Of a stretch of DNA of 64,000 nt, positions 1 through 12,465 are shown one piece after another. Numbering within the stretch: position 1 is the first letter of the stretch; every line of letters starts with the position of its first letter. A model generated the notes under the pieces. It saw only the letters and a list, made by a program, of their open reading frames with translations. It did not search any database and had not been told where the DNA came from. Source of the stretch: Blepharisma stoltei ATCC 30299 (Eukaryota > Protista > Ciliophora); contig CBFDEM010000016.1 of NCBI GenBank assembly GCA_965603825.1, positions 310,001-374,000 of the forward strand, given 5' to 3'. The translations under genes were made by a program, and so were the position numbers.

Positions 1-598
1 TGCTCATAGGCATTGAGGCTCTTTTTCAAGCTATATCAGCACAATGTTTCCTTTATATTTTATTACATTAATAATTTAATAAGAAGAGAAGCATTGAGAC
101 CAGATTTAACCGTAAAAATATTTTGAATTTCTTATTTGAGCTTTTGAGCAATTTTCTCTTTTACTCATCTTAAGCTTTACAACTTCAGAAGTGGCCTAAT
201 CATGCCAAAATCTTAGAGCAAGCTCTAATACCTGAAGATGCCACGCTTTTCAAATTTTCTTATAATTATATTTTTTTTCAGAGCTTCACTTATACCTCAC
301 TTTATTTTGATTAATTATTCTCTTAATTATTCTCTTGCCAAGTTTACTTCTTATTTAATAAAATTTATGATTTTTTATTTACCCATATTTATCCCTAAAG
401 ATAACTTCTAGAACCATTGCTTTAAAAATTTGCAAAATTATTTGCTTTCGCTTCTTATTATTATCCTGTAAAATTTGAGTACCAATTAAATTATTTTCAA
501 TTTCCGCATGTTCTTACGAACCCAAAAATTTTTTATAACCTATAAAAACCCTTTCACTTGGCATTATAAATAGCATCCATTAAATCTAATAATAAATA

Positions 599-2236
599 AT
601 GCTTGTCAGCCCGGCAGCAAAAGATTCTCCGACAGTCAATTTTCTTCGTAAAGCAGAGATTGGAATCACTGTGACCTTCCTCACATGAATTATTTATACT
701 ATTTTTTCTGAAGCTTGAATTCTCTCTTCAAGGGTAGCAGCTTCTACAACCATTGATGGCTTAGAAAAAAGCTCAATTTCTAGCAGTGGTTACGTAGATT
801 TAAACGATGGCCAACTTGCCACATTTCTAAGTAATCTTCCAGCTCTTCTAGTTTTTGCCACCTTATTTGTATCCGGACGCAAATTACTTATAAGTCAAAA
901 ACTTGAATTGAAGCATCAATTAATTTACTATTTATTTATAGGGATAGGAATGAATATATATTTGCATGGCCCAGGATTTTTATTTTTACTGTTTGAGCTC
1001 TTATTTAATTATCTTTTAGCTTACAAATATGCAGGAAAACGAGGGTTTCCTCTATTAGCTTGGGCTTTTAACTTCACATATTTAATTTTAGCAGAATATT
1101 ATCATGGGTTCCAATTCTCATGGTTTGCTCCATCATTAAAGTTTCTAGATGATTTACCTGTGGAAATGAATTGGTCTGGAGTCAATAAAATGTGCATGCT
1201 TAAAGCCTTAAGTTTTGTTCTTGATTATCATTGGGCACTCTCCAAAGATGATTATATGCCTTTAAATAAGCATAAGCTTGACTGTAATGAATGCAATGAG
1301 ATAAATGTATGCTTCACCTATAGAATGAGAGCACACGCAAGTCATTATTCTTTATTAGCATATGCTGCTTATTTCTTTTATCCACCTCTGTATTTTGCTG
1401 GACCAACTGTGTGCTATAATGCTTGGATATCTCAAGTGCAGAGTCCACAAAGGAGCTATGATACAAAAAAATTAATTATTTATGGATTGAGAATCGTTGT
1501 TGTATTTATAATACTTGAATTATTTATTCATAATTTATATTTTCCAGCCATAGCTGGAAATGATAAAAACACGTGAATTTGGGAATCATTTACGCCATTT
1601 GAGCTTGTTATTGCAAGCTATGTTATATTGAAATGGATTTGGCTAAAATTTACATTGATTTGGAGATTTTTCAGGATGTGGGCACTTTGTGATGGCATAG
1701 AGACCCCAGAGAATATGGGAAGATGCATGTCAAATAATTATTGCTTTGAAGGCTTTTGAAGAATGTGGCATAGGGCTTTTAATCAATGACTGATTAGGTA
1801 TTTATTTGTGCCACTCGGAGGAAGCAAATATAAAATCTTCAACATTTGGATAGTCTTTGGTTTTGTAGCTCTCTGGCATGATTTAAATTTAAATTTATTA
1901 GTATGGGGCTGGGGAATGTGCTTGTTCATAATGCCAGAAGTGTTGGTAAAGAGCTATTTTCAAAGAAGCAAATTTTTGAACTTCAGGAAAACTCTGAAGT
2001 ATAGCTGACTGTGTGCATTTGGAGGTGGAATATATATAATTTTGATGATGGCTGCTAACTTAGTAGGATTTTCTTTTGGAGTTCGTGGATTGATAATTGT
2101 CTTAGAAGAAATTTTCACATTATCTGGAAGTATTTTGCTATTCAAAGTGATCTTGACTGCCACAATGGCAACGCATTTTATGCTTATAGTCAGGCATCAA
2201 GAAACAAGATGTGAAATAAAAAATAAAGGATTTTAA
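599..2236 (+). CDS. GUP1: MBOAT O-acyltransferase, GUP1/HHAT-like (545 aa)
   Basis: One frame from ATG 599 to TAA 2236 with six TGA=Trp (686, 716, 1574, 1757, 1787, 2006). Motifs PPLYFAGP, PENMGRCMSNNY, F[W]RMWHRAFNQ[W]LIRYLFVPLGG and FVALWHD (catalytic His). Confidence 0.93.
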
Positions 2237-2242
2237 ATTTAT

Positions 2243-3166
2243 TTAGGAATTTGTAATATCGATTATATTATATGGAACATATTCTATATATTTCATTTTC
2301 AAGTCATCAAAGCACTCAGTTGAGTCTAATGATGGTGAATAAAAGATTCCACTCTGATTAGGAGATATGGAACTCTGAGAAGAAAACGAGGAATTTAAAG
2401 ATTGGGAACTCTCCATCATTTTTTTAAAAGCTGATTTTTGGTTTTCTAAAGTTTTGCTAAGCATTTCTGTTATGGTACCTTCAGCCATTCCAAGCTTTTT
2501 TATTTCTTTTTGAGTATTTTTTTTAGCTTTACTTTCAAGCTCCATTCTTTCCATAAACTTCATCTCGTTAGAGATTTTTAATGCTTCTCGCTTTAAATCA
2601 AGCTTTTCTTTTCTCCTTCTTGCAGCCTGAATAATAGATTCTGCCCTCTCTTTGGCAACAGTTCTTTCCATTTCTTCTCGGCTTTTAATCAAGTTTTCAA
2701 TGTTTTTTGATTCCAGTTTTACAGCTGACGACGCTCGATGTTTATTTTCAAGAATTTTTGTTTTTGTTTGGCTTAAGCTATCTGCTCTTTTTTTCCTTTG
2801 CTGCGATACATATTTTTTCTTATTTTCCAGCTCTTTTGCTTTTAGATTTTTGCTTTTTTCAGTAAAATCTAAACTTTCTTTGTGCTTTTTTCGAATTTCT
2901 AATCTTTTTTGGTTTAAGGTTTTGGCTAAATCTACTAATCGGGCAGATTTTAGTCTTTCTGTTTCTAAAAATTTAATTCGATTTTCTAATGTTTTTACTC
3001 TCAAGTCTAATTTTTTTCGTTCTTGCATTAGATTCTGTATTTGAAATTCGGAGGATGTTTGAATTTTTCTGTGTAGAGTTTTATGAGAAGTTTTAGACTG
3101 CGAATTAACTCGAATATTTTCAGTTTGAAGAAACCGGGCCATTGGAGACTGGCTTTGCTTAGACAT
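2243..3166 (-). CDS. Basic coiled-coil protein of unknown function (307 aa)
   Basis: Uninterrupted ORF, K/E/R-rich heptads, Ser-rich tail. Confidence 0.8.
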   Translation of the reverse strand: MSKQSQSPMARFLQTENIRVNSQSKTSHKTLHRKIQTSSEFQIQNLMQERKKLDLRVKTLENRIKFLETERLKSARLVDLAKTLNQKRLEIRKKHKESLDFTEKSKNLKAKELENKKKYVSQQRKKRADSLSQTKTKILENKHRASSAVKLESKNIENLIKSREEMERTVAKERAESIIQAARRRKEKLDLKREALKISNEMKFMERMELESKAKKNTQKEIKKLGMAEGTITEMLSKTLENQKSAFKKMMESSQSLNSSFSSQSSISPNQSGIFYSPSLDSTECFDDLKMKYIEYVPYNIIDITNS

Positions 3167-3196
3167 TTAACAATCAATAATAAACTATTGTTAACT

Positions 3197-5017
3197 ATGG
3201 AGGTGAAGAATATCAGAGAAGTTGTCTTAGAACAAAATCAAGAAATTTGTGTAGTAAATCCATGGCAAAGTGATAAAGCTACTGAGGAATATCTAAAGAA
3301 CCTTTTAGGAGAAAATGAGGCAGAAAAATCAGAAGTTCTAAAAAGAGAATTTGGAAATGAGGAAATGAAAAAATTTGTGAGATTTTTAATTTATAATCAA
3401 AAAAGCCGAATTGAAAGTATAGAAGAGTTGGAAATCATTATACAGAATTATAAAAATCATATTGAAACTGAAAGAGGACAAATCGATGATTCTGTAGAAG
3501 ATTCTCAAAAAGCCGGGAATAAGCCAAGATCTCCTATAAAAGTTGAAGAAATGGGTTCTGACATAGAAATCAACGAAGGATTAACTGATAGAAGCATAGA
3601 AACAAATGAAACAGCTCGCTATTGAACCTCGCTAGTTGAAGATCAAAAATCATCCTCTTCTTCAGATGAAGAAAAAGCTCAAAAATCTTCATTAATCCCA
3701 TTAAAAAAATTCAATACAGCCACTTATTCATCTTCTGATGATCCAGCCCGCTTAACCCAAGAATGTGATATTTCTTTTCATGTAGATGGTCTAACTGAGG
3801 AAATTTCATTATTTTCTGAAATTTATCAAGTCCCCTCTATTGAGTTACCTGCTAATGAGCTTTCAAACGAGCTATCTGAAGTCAAAGTCTCAAAGTAATT
3901 TTAATATAGCCCTACTCTTGACATAAAATTATGCACTTTGACAACAGTTCCATTTGGATGGGTTGTTCAACGAAAAATAAGTGATTTTTCATGGTTTCGC
4001 GATATGCTGACTACTTCTTATGCGGGCGTTTATGTTCCTCCACCAATTCCTAAAGTTAGCAAAAAAAATAAAGAAGATGCAATATTTTATTTACAAAGAT
4101 TTATAAATGATGTAATTTCTCATCCACTGCTTAGAAGATCCCCATACCTCCTTGGCTTTCTAAAAGAAAATACTAAAGAAGGCTTTACGCTTTTCCAAAA
4201 GCAATCAAAACGCCTAAAGTCACCAAAAAACGTTGAGGCGATGTTTTCAATAAACCCTACTTCAAACTGTGACAGTTCGCTTAATTCAAATTTCTCTAAA
4301 TGCCTAACTGATTATATCAAAAATACTCAACATGTCCAGAAAACTATTATTAAGCTATCTAATCAGTTCGAGATCCAATTAAGAGCCACTATGTCAACTC
4401 TCAACAGACTTGCATATAATATCAAGCAGCTTGGAAAAATGCAAGAAATTCTTCCTAACAACAAATATCAGTCAGATTTATACTCTTCCTTAAGCAGCGC
4501 TTTAGAAATCTGGGAAAAAGTCGATAACGAAAGAATAAAAACAGTTAAAGACCGCCTTTGCAAGCTTTTTGAGTATTCTTACAACGAGTCCATCCAGCTA
4601 TCCGGTTTAATAAAGATAAGAGAAAATTCTTATCAAGACTACTCAAAATATGAAAAAAAACTAATGGACAAAAAAGGAAAACTATGGGAGCAAGGAGATC
4701 CTTACAAGTGGTGGGAAAGCTCAGAAGAAGTCTATATGGACATCGACAAGTTAAAAAATGATAAAGAGTACGCATATTCTAAGATGATGCAAAAAGAAAC
4801 GAAGGTTTTAGAAGATCTGAAAAACATTTATGGGTTTTATAATTATAAGCTGCAAGATGAAACTTTTAGGCTATTGAAGTATGTGACTATAAGAAATTGT
4901 GAAAACTTCAAAGAGTTTTCAGATCATGAATGGAATATAGCGGAGAGGCTGAAGGATGGCTGGACAGAGTTTGGGGAAAAGCTAGACAAGTTCAAAATGG
5001 AAGTGCTCGCTAATTAA
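3197..5017 (+). CDS. PX-BAR sorting nexin (Vps5/SNX1-like), copy 1; 2 exons
   Basis: ATG 3197, TGA=W at 3623, intron 3895-3909. PX motif VVQRKISDFSWF...YVPPPIPK followed by a helical BAR-like region. Confidence 0.88.
3895..3909 (+). other. 15-nt spliceosomal intron
   Basis: gtaattttaatatag. Removal deletes an in-frame TAA; same position in both paralogues. Confidence 0.9.
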
Positions 5018-5079
5018 TTAGTAAAATCTTTAATAAAATTATCAACTATTAATGGGGGATTCTTTCTAATTATTTGTTG

Positions 5080-5355
5080 ATGAACTTAAGCATAAACCAA
5101 TCAGGAAGTTCTCAAAATTGCTGCACAGTTTATGTTGGAGGGCTTGCTACTATAGCGACTCCTGCGTCTATAAGAAAATATTTCTCAAAATGCGGAAAAG
5201 TAAAAAAAGTGAGGATGGCTTATAATCCTAGAGGCGAAAAAGCTGGGTTTGCTTATGTTGATTTTGCTGATTCAAGAGGTGTTGAAACTGCTTTAAAGAT
5301 TAGATATCCAAGCATAGAAGGGCGCGAAATCAAAATAAGTTTAGTCACTGGATAA
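5080..5355 (+). CDS. Small single-RRM RNA-binding protein (about 91 aa)
   Basis: RNP2 VYVGGL and RNP1 AGFAYVDF. First in-frame ATG at 5080. Confidence 0.8.
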   Translation: MNLSINQSGSSQNCCTVYVGGLATIATPASIRKYFSKCGKVKKVRMAYNPRGEKAGFAYVDFADSRGVETALKIRYPSIEGREIKISLVTG

Positions 5356-5740
5356 CGTAAAATTTGATAACAGGAATAAAATAAGCACTTATCTTACTTT
5401 ATTAATTTTTTCTCCGCCAAAATACAACAATAGATGTATGATTAAATCGTTTTAATTTATTTAAAATTCAAATTTATCGAAAAACTTTTACTCATAAATA
5501 ATGTTATATAGTGCTATAATTTATATAATTACCACAATCTTTTTAATCAATGAAAACCCATCTTTTGTTCTTTTATTCAATTTCTGCCCTATTTTCGTTG
5601 GATTATAATATATATCCGACATATACTTTATACCTTCATAATCGCTTTTCAACTATTTATGTGCTATGCCGCAACTTATGGACTAAATTAATTTTTAATT
5701 TCTTTGTTTATTTAAATATTGGCTAATTTATAAAATTTAC

Positions 5741-6604
5741 ATGCAAAAATCCACTAACAAAGCTGACAACCTTTCACTCGGGGAGATCGATTTCTACGAC
5801 TTTCTCGATTTCCCAGCCCCAGCACCAATCCAAGTTCGCGAAACTGAAGAAACTTGCACAGAAGTTAAATCGACTGGCCGCAAACAAATAGTTGACACAA
5901 AAATCTTAGGGAGGTTCCAAAGTGTTTCCAATCCTTATCCTCCTAAAAAAGAATATTTAAGATGCAAGATGATCCGTGGCCACAAAAGAGCTAACCGTCA
6001 AATTGAAAAAGGCGTAATCCCCAAGCGCACTATAAACGCATACTCAGCTATTGCTGAGTCCTATTGAAGCAAACTAACTAACTGCTTTAACGCTAACAAA
6101 AATATACTGATAGAAGAAAGTAAGACTGAAGCAGGACCAAAAACTGATGGGAAAACAAAGCGAAATGGCAATGAAAATGGAATCCCTAAGAGCTTCAATG
6201 AAAAGTTTTGCAAAAGGTATTTTTCTCCAAAAGAAGTAAGAGAGTCATATTTCTACTACACAGAGTACATTTTCGCAGAATTTGAGCCGAGTGTTTTGTG
6301 CAAAAAATTTAAAATCAAGTGCTGCAGATCTCCTAATCACACTTATGAGTGTTTAGAAAGTTGGAAATTGCTGAAGTTTTATGTACAAAAGATTATGCTT
6401 GACAATTTGTGTGTCGAGCCATGGCTTGTGATGGAAAGTACAACAGACATTTCAACGTTTCCTAAAATTACAAAAGCAATTGCAGAGCCAAAAATCGCGG
6501 AAGATGTGGATGCAGACCCAAATATCATTAAGGAAGATGATCCACTAGGAATCTTCAAAGAGCTGAATGAAGACATCAGCCTAGAGTTATTTTTTGGCAT
6601 TTAA
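5741..6604 (+). CDS. Hypothetical protein with basic segment and Cys/His cluster (287 aa)
   Basis: ORFs 5741 and 6296 join in frame through TGA 6065. Contains PKKEYLRCKMIRGHKRANRQ and LCKKFKIKCCRSPNHTYEC. Confidence 0.8.
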
Positions 6605-6707
6605 ATATCTATAAACTCGGTTTCTAAGACCTAACTTTCTAACAAAATTTTATTAATAATCTATACATGAAAGTCTAGAATTTCCAGTTTATTTTGTATT
6701 AATTGAA

Positions 6708-8594
6708 ATGGAGGAAAAAATAAGCTCTCCAACTAAACCAGCTGAATCCCCATTCCTAAACAAACTTAATGACCTATTTAGCAAAATTCTGGGTTTTGAA
6801 AACATAGACTACCAATTAAAGCAAGAAATGTTTTCTAAAGAATTTCAGAATGAGGAATTGCAAGTTGAAGAGTTCACAAAATATTTAGATAAAGCTGAAA
6901 TAAAGAGAATTGAAGATGTAAATCAGCTGGAAAGCTATATAAAAGAGTTCAAAACGCAGCTAAAAGATTGTGGAGAAAAAAATTTTAACGATGCCCAGAC
7001 TAGGTCAAGGATGAAAACTTATATGGTGCTTGGAGGGAATTTAGAAGACATAAAAATCGACCAATTAGAAGAAAGTCCAAAAGAAAATGAAAATAGCACA
7101 AAGTCAGCTAATGAGATCTCAAATGAAGAGCCAAATTATGAGGATTTTAAGACTGTGTCTTCTTCTTTTGAAGATGAAAACAAAAATGAGCCAGATAAGC
7201 ATATTTCTTCTGAAGAAATTCGTAGCGTTTATGATACAACAATTGACTCGTCATTTACAAGAGAGCCATCAAAAACTTATAAGGAAAATAGGCCAAACTC
7301 TACTACCCAAGAAGAAATAAAGCGCTCTGCAACTATTATCCCTGGTCTAACAGCTCAAAACTCACAGGAGCCTCTTTCACCTGGAATTTATAAAATTCCT
7401 GCTTTAAATCTGCCATCAAATGAACTATCTTCTCAAACTGCAACTGTAACCGTATCTAAGTAATTTTCAATTAGTCCAAATTCTGATCCAAAGGTATATA
7501 CCCTAATAACTTCTCCTTTGAATTGGACAGTTCAGCGAAAAATAGAAGATTTCACATGATTCCAAAACATCCTTACAATAGCTTATCCTGGAGTTTATAT
7601 CCCTCCACCACTCCCTACAAATGTTGGAAAAAGCAAAGAAGATTCTCTCTATAAATTTAAGGCCTTTTTACAAAGATTTATGAATGATATCATATCCCAC
7701 CCACTTCTTAAGCGATCACCAATCGTACATGGATTCTTAAAAGAAGACAACAAAGACAAATACAAGCTTTTCAAAAGGCAATCAAAAAAGCTCAAAACAC
7801 CTGAAAAAGTTGAATTAATGTTTTCTGTTGACAATGTTTCCTACTGCGATATCTCAACTAGTAATGATTTTAGTAAAAATCTGAATGATTATGTTCATAG
7901 CGCCCAAACGATTCAAAAAAACATAAAAAGACTGTCCGATCAATTTGAAGAACAGCTTAAAAATGCAGTAGCTACCATTGAAAAATTGGCTTATTCTTTC
8001 CAAGAATTAGCTAAGATTCAAGAAGTTTTTCCACAAAATAAAATCCAACAAGAAATCTATATTTCTCTAAGCCAAACATTTGAATCATGCAAAAATTCTG
8101 ACTTAGAGCGTGTAAAATCAGTAAAAGAACATATAAACACGTTTTTTAAGTACTCTTATAATGAAGTTGCTCAACTTAAAGATTTAATTAAAGAAAGAGA
8201 AAATTGGAATATAGAATATGTGAAAAATGAAAAAAAAGTTATGGGAAGAAAAGAAAAGTTGTGGGAGCAAGGAGATGCTTTGAAATGGTGGAATAGCTCA
8301 GAAGAGGCATATATGGATATTGAAAAGCTAAAAAATGATAAAGAATTAGCATTTTCTAAAATGCTCCAAAAGGAAACTCAACAGTTGGAGACAATTAGAA
8401 ACTTTTATGGATATTTTAATTATAAACTCCAAGAAGAGGCTTTGAGGTTTTTCCAAAATTCAGCCATCAGAAATTGCAAAAATTTTAAAGAATTTGCTGA
8501 TCAGGAAGCTAGCCTTGGCGCAAGGGATAATGACGGGTGGAAAGAGCTTGCTGAAAAATTGCAAAATTTGGAAGCAGAACTAAATAATAATTAG
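6708..8594 (+). CDS. PX-BAR sorting nexin, copy 2; 2 exons
   Basis: Intron 7460-7474. TGA=W at 7557 in RKIEDFT[W]F, aligned with TGG in the paralogues. Confidence 0.9.
7460..7474 (+). other. 15-nt spliceosomal intron
   Basis: gtaattttcaattag. Confidence 0.9.
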
Positions 8595-8671
8595 CAAAAA
8601 TTATAATTTAAATGATAAATAATTTTCCCTCAAAATAATATATCTATAGCTGCTTAATAAAAAGATATAAG

Positions 8672-10261
8672 ATGGAGAGGAATCAAGGCAAAAAATTTCA
8701 AGATTACTTGGGCCAGACAAATGAAGCACTAGCGATAATATTATTTTCAGGAAATATAGAAAATAAAGCTAAAGAAGATATTTTGAATAGAGAAATAATA
8801 GAAAAGCAGGTACCAATTGATGATTTTATAAGTTTTTTAAAACAAAAAGAAATTAGCTCAATTGAAAATGCAAACCAACTTCAAGTTCTTATAGAAGAAT
8901 ATCGAAATAAGGGATTAGAAAGTCCTCCAAAAAATTGTTCTATAGAAGAAACTTCAAAATCCGAAAATCCTCAACAACTAGAACAAAGCAGTAGTTTAGA
9001 TGATTATAGCTCAGTAGATTCATCACCTCGCAAGCTTGAGCTATTATCTGAAGTTTATACAGTCTCAGCCCAAAATCTCCCAGAAAATGAAATATCACTC
9101 CAAGATCTACAGATCTCTATTTCTAAGTAATTTTAAGACAGCTCGCAAACCGATTCCAAATTATATACATTGACAACTCTGCCATTTGAATGGGTTGTTC
9201 AACGAAAAATTGAAGACTTTGGGTGGCTCATAAGAAGACTTACTTCATCATTCCCTGGCTCTTTTATACCTCCACCTTTACCCAAAAACATCGGCAAAAA
9301 TAAAGAAGATTCTTTATATAAAATCATTACATTTCTTCAAAGATTTATTAATGACGTTATTTCTCATCCGCTTTTAAAGCGATCACCAATTGTTATGGGC
9401 TTTTTGAAAGAAGATGATAACGAAAAATACAAATTATTTAAAAAACAAATAAAAAAGCTTAAGAGTCCAGAAAAAGTCAAGCTGATGTACTCAACAGGTA
9501 GTGATGTGTCCTGTGACTCCTCAACAAATAATGAATTTTGCAAGCACTTGTCTGAATATATTCGCAATGCAGAATTGATACAAAAAAGTATTAAAAAGGT
9601 GTCAGAGCAGCTTGAAAATCAACTTGGTGAAGTTGTGTCTACAGTTGGAAAATTGTCTCATTATATCAAAGAATTGTTGCTAATTCAAGAAACTTTGCCG
9701 AAAAATAAATTTCAATGTGAAGTTTATGATTCAGTTATTCATACACTTGAAGTATGGCAAAATGTCGACTTGGAGCGCATAAAATCAATAAAAGATCATT
9801 TCAATACTTTTTTCAAATATTCTTACTGTGAAATTCTCCCATTAAAAAACCTTATAAAAGAAAGAGATAATTGGTTAGCTAAATACATTCCAAAAGAAAA
9901 AAAAATAAAAGAAAAAAAGGAGAAGCTTTGGGAGCAAGGAGATGTTATGAAATGGTGGGACAGCTCACAAGAAGTATATATTGATGTCGAAAAATTAAAG
10001 AATGATAAAGATTTAGCTTTTTCTAAAATGCTTAGCAAAGAAACAAAAAGTGTCGAAAAAACGAAAAACATGTATGGATTTTTTAATTCTAAATTACAAA
10101 ATGAAACGGCGTGGTTTTTGAGAAATGTTACAATAAAAAGCTGTCAGAATTTTAAAGAATATGCAAATCATGAAATAGTAGCTGCTTCAAGGACAAAGCA
10201 AGAATGGGAAGAGTTGATTGAGAAATTGGATAAATTAGAGTGTGAAGTTAAAGCTGAGTAG
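8672..10261 (+). CDS. PX-BAR sorting nexin, copy 3; 2 exons
   Basis: Intron 9127-9141 joins ORFs 8672 and 9170 in frame. Highly similar to copies 1 and 2. Confidence 0.9.
9127..9141 (+). other. 15-nt spliceosomal intron
   Basis: gtaattttaagacag. Confidence 0.9.
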
Positions 10262-10344
10262 ATATAATATTTAAAATACAATATCTAGTATAAAGATAAA
10301 TCTAAGACTGCATATTAATTTTTGTAATTTAAATCACTAAATAC

Positions 10345-10713
10345 TTAAAACCTACTAACTTTTAAATTTTGTAATGAGTGCAAAAGCAATGATTCTCTTA
10401 GCTCATTTTTCATCATTTCTTTATCTAGTTTAGCTTCCTTTACATATTCGCAATACTTTCATTTCCTTTTCTTTACAGATTTTATATTGTGTCACTTTTT
10501 CAAATACAGCTTCTCAAGTTTATAGCATTTCGGCTTCAAAAATCCATATTTGTGAAGTTTTAAGTCAATTTTTATTTCTCTAGCAGTTTTAGAGTTCAGG
10601 CTACCATCATCTCATCTACTAAATAAATACATTAAACTCTGCTCGCAGTCTTTGCAGCAGCAAGACTTTATGGTTTGGTTTGTATAGCATCCAAATATTT
10701 TCTTCCTTCTCAT
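10345..10713 (-). CDS. Small basic protein with N-terminal CxCxxC motif (122 aa); absent from the ORF track
   Basis: MRRKKIFGCYTNQTIKSCCCKDCEQSL...KVSRF* with three TGA=W. N-terminus matches the 11225 gene. Confidence 0.75.
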
Positions 10714-11224
10714 ATTTAATTTTAATAGATATGGATAGTAGCTAAATATGTGCCTATTATAAGATGAAAGTTTCATAAATATAGAAATAAGTTGATTTTT
10801 TCCCTCTGTAAAATCTAATAAGTGAAATAAAAGGTGATTTTGAAAAAAATTTATATCTTAGGTATTTTCAGCTTGCTAGGATCTTGCAACGGGTAATTGG
10901 GATAAACGAACCTCATTAAACTACATAAGAAGCTAATAAAAATTTTATTACTATGATCCTAGGACGAGCGATCATAATGATAATTTTAATAAATTCTATT
11001 TATTGTTAAAATACAAGTTTGGGTGGGCAAAAATTAATTCGATATATTAATATATTGTGAATCGGCTCCAAAAGTGAAAAATTATTCCACAAATGAAATC
11101 AAAATCCCGCATAAGAATTCCATGCTTGAATCGCTTCATATAGAATTTTTGTTCACATAAATAAATCCAACAAATTATATTTGATAAGAACCTAAACTAT
11201 TCATATCTAATTTTTTAATAAAAA

Positions 11225-11617
11225 ATGAGACGAAACTGCAAGAATGGAATTTATACAAGCCAGACTATAAAATCTTGCAGATGCATAGCATGCATGAGCT
11301 TTATAAGGCTTATCCTTGATCCAAATACTTGGTATACCACAAATAAGATTCATATGAGTTTGCACAACCGGTCTCATCAATTGTGTTCAAACTCTTATAA
11401 CTTGACTAAATCAATATTTGTCAAAATGCTTCATAGAGATAGAAAAAGATTAATTCCTTGGGACTTTCGTCGTTATATCAAAAATAGAAGACGTGAAAAA
11501 AGAAAAATAGTAAAATTGAAAAAGAAAAATGTTATTTGGGATATGGACGATTCTTTAGACTATTGCTCATATGCTATGAAGAATGGGTTTATAGAAAGAG
11601 GTCAATTCAGATTATAA
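11225..11617 (+). CDS. Small basic protein with N-terminal CxCxxC motif (130 aa), paralogue of 10345-10713
   Basis: MRRNCKNGIYTSQTIKSCRCIAC...; shared motif MRRxxxxGxYTxQTIKSCxCxxC. Confidence 0.75.
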   Translation: MRRNCKNGIYTSQTIKSCRCIACMSFIRLILDPNTWYTTNKIHMSLHNRSHQLCSNSYNLTKSIFVKMLHRDRKRLIPWDFRRYIKNRRREKRKIVKLKKKNVIWDMDDSLDYCSYAMKNGFIERGQFRL

Positions 11618-11863
11618 AGATATTAATTTCAATTTTTAATATAGATCATAACTATTTAATAATTGAGGTTAAAATCTACTAATTTTGAGATGATAAACTT
11701 TAGATATAAAGAGCGTAAAAAATGACTGGAATTAATTTTTGCAAAATGAAATCTTGATATATAAAATACTGACTAAGAATTTTATAAATGAGTTCTATTT
11801 AAAGAGTCTTCATCTACCATAATTTTATATCTATTCAAAGTTAGACCTAAGTTCAACTGAATT

Positions 11864-12166
11864 TTAATATAGTAACTTAGGATGACTAGCACCATAAGGG
11901 TGCGCTTTTAGTCCATCCAAATCACAGCATGAACTGGGAATGATGACTGCTCCAGTAGATTCAATTGATTTTGATGCAAGACTGGCATTTGCACCTTTGG
12001 AAAACAACTCGTTTGTGGGTTCATAATTAAAAGCGATAATTTCTAGATGCGCCTTTCCTAATCTCCTAGATATAAATTACTCATTCCACTGAATTGAAGG
12101 ATTGTGCATTTGTGCTATTTTAATGAAGTCTTTTCTTGCGCCCTTAGAACGCTGTGGAGAAAGCAT
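11864..12166 (-). pseudogene. Possible short gene or gene remnant (95 aa if intron 12066-12080 is spliced) running through the left IR arm
   Basis: MLSPQRSKGARKDF...QWNE|RLGKAHLEII...ASHPKLLY*. Canonical intron gtaatttatatctag. The frame stays open upstream to about 12355 without an in-frame ATG. Confidence 0.35.
11868..12083. repeat. Left arm of a 216-bp inverted repeat
   Basis: Reverse complement of 12466-12681 with 12 substitutions and no indels (hand alignment). Confidence 0.95.
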
Positions 12167-12465
12167 GAGATGAGATTTCTTGGGCAGAGAATTTGCTGAT
12201 AGATATGCAGTAATTAAAAATTCGGAAGTAGTTAATTCAAGTGCAGCAAAAAATAGTCCAACTTTCTTAGAAGTTGATAAAGGCTTCTCTTGTCAAGATT
12301 TCCAAGTGCTTGATTCATAATGATGTTGCTGAATTCGTGCGTGTGAGAATCCATTTTAAGCAAACCAAAATCATTTAAGTTGAACAGAATTAATTAATCC
12401 GAACGGAATTTTTTTACCTGTAAAAATGAAAATTTCTGAGCAAACTCAGCTGATGCTAGGATCTC

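Noticed and set aside
1-598. Possible minus-strand coding remnant at the window start
   Set aside because: I found no convincing ATG-initiated frame even with TGA=Trp, and no recognisable motif.
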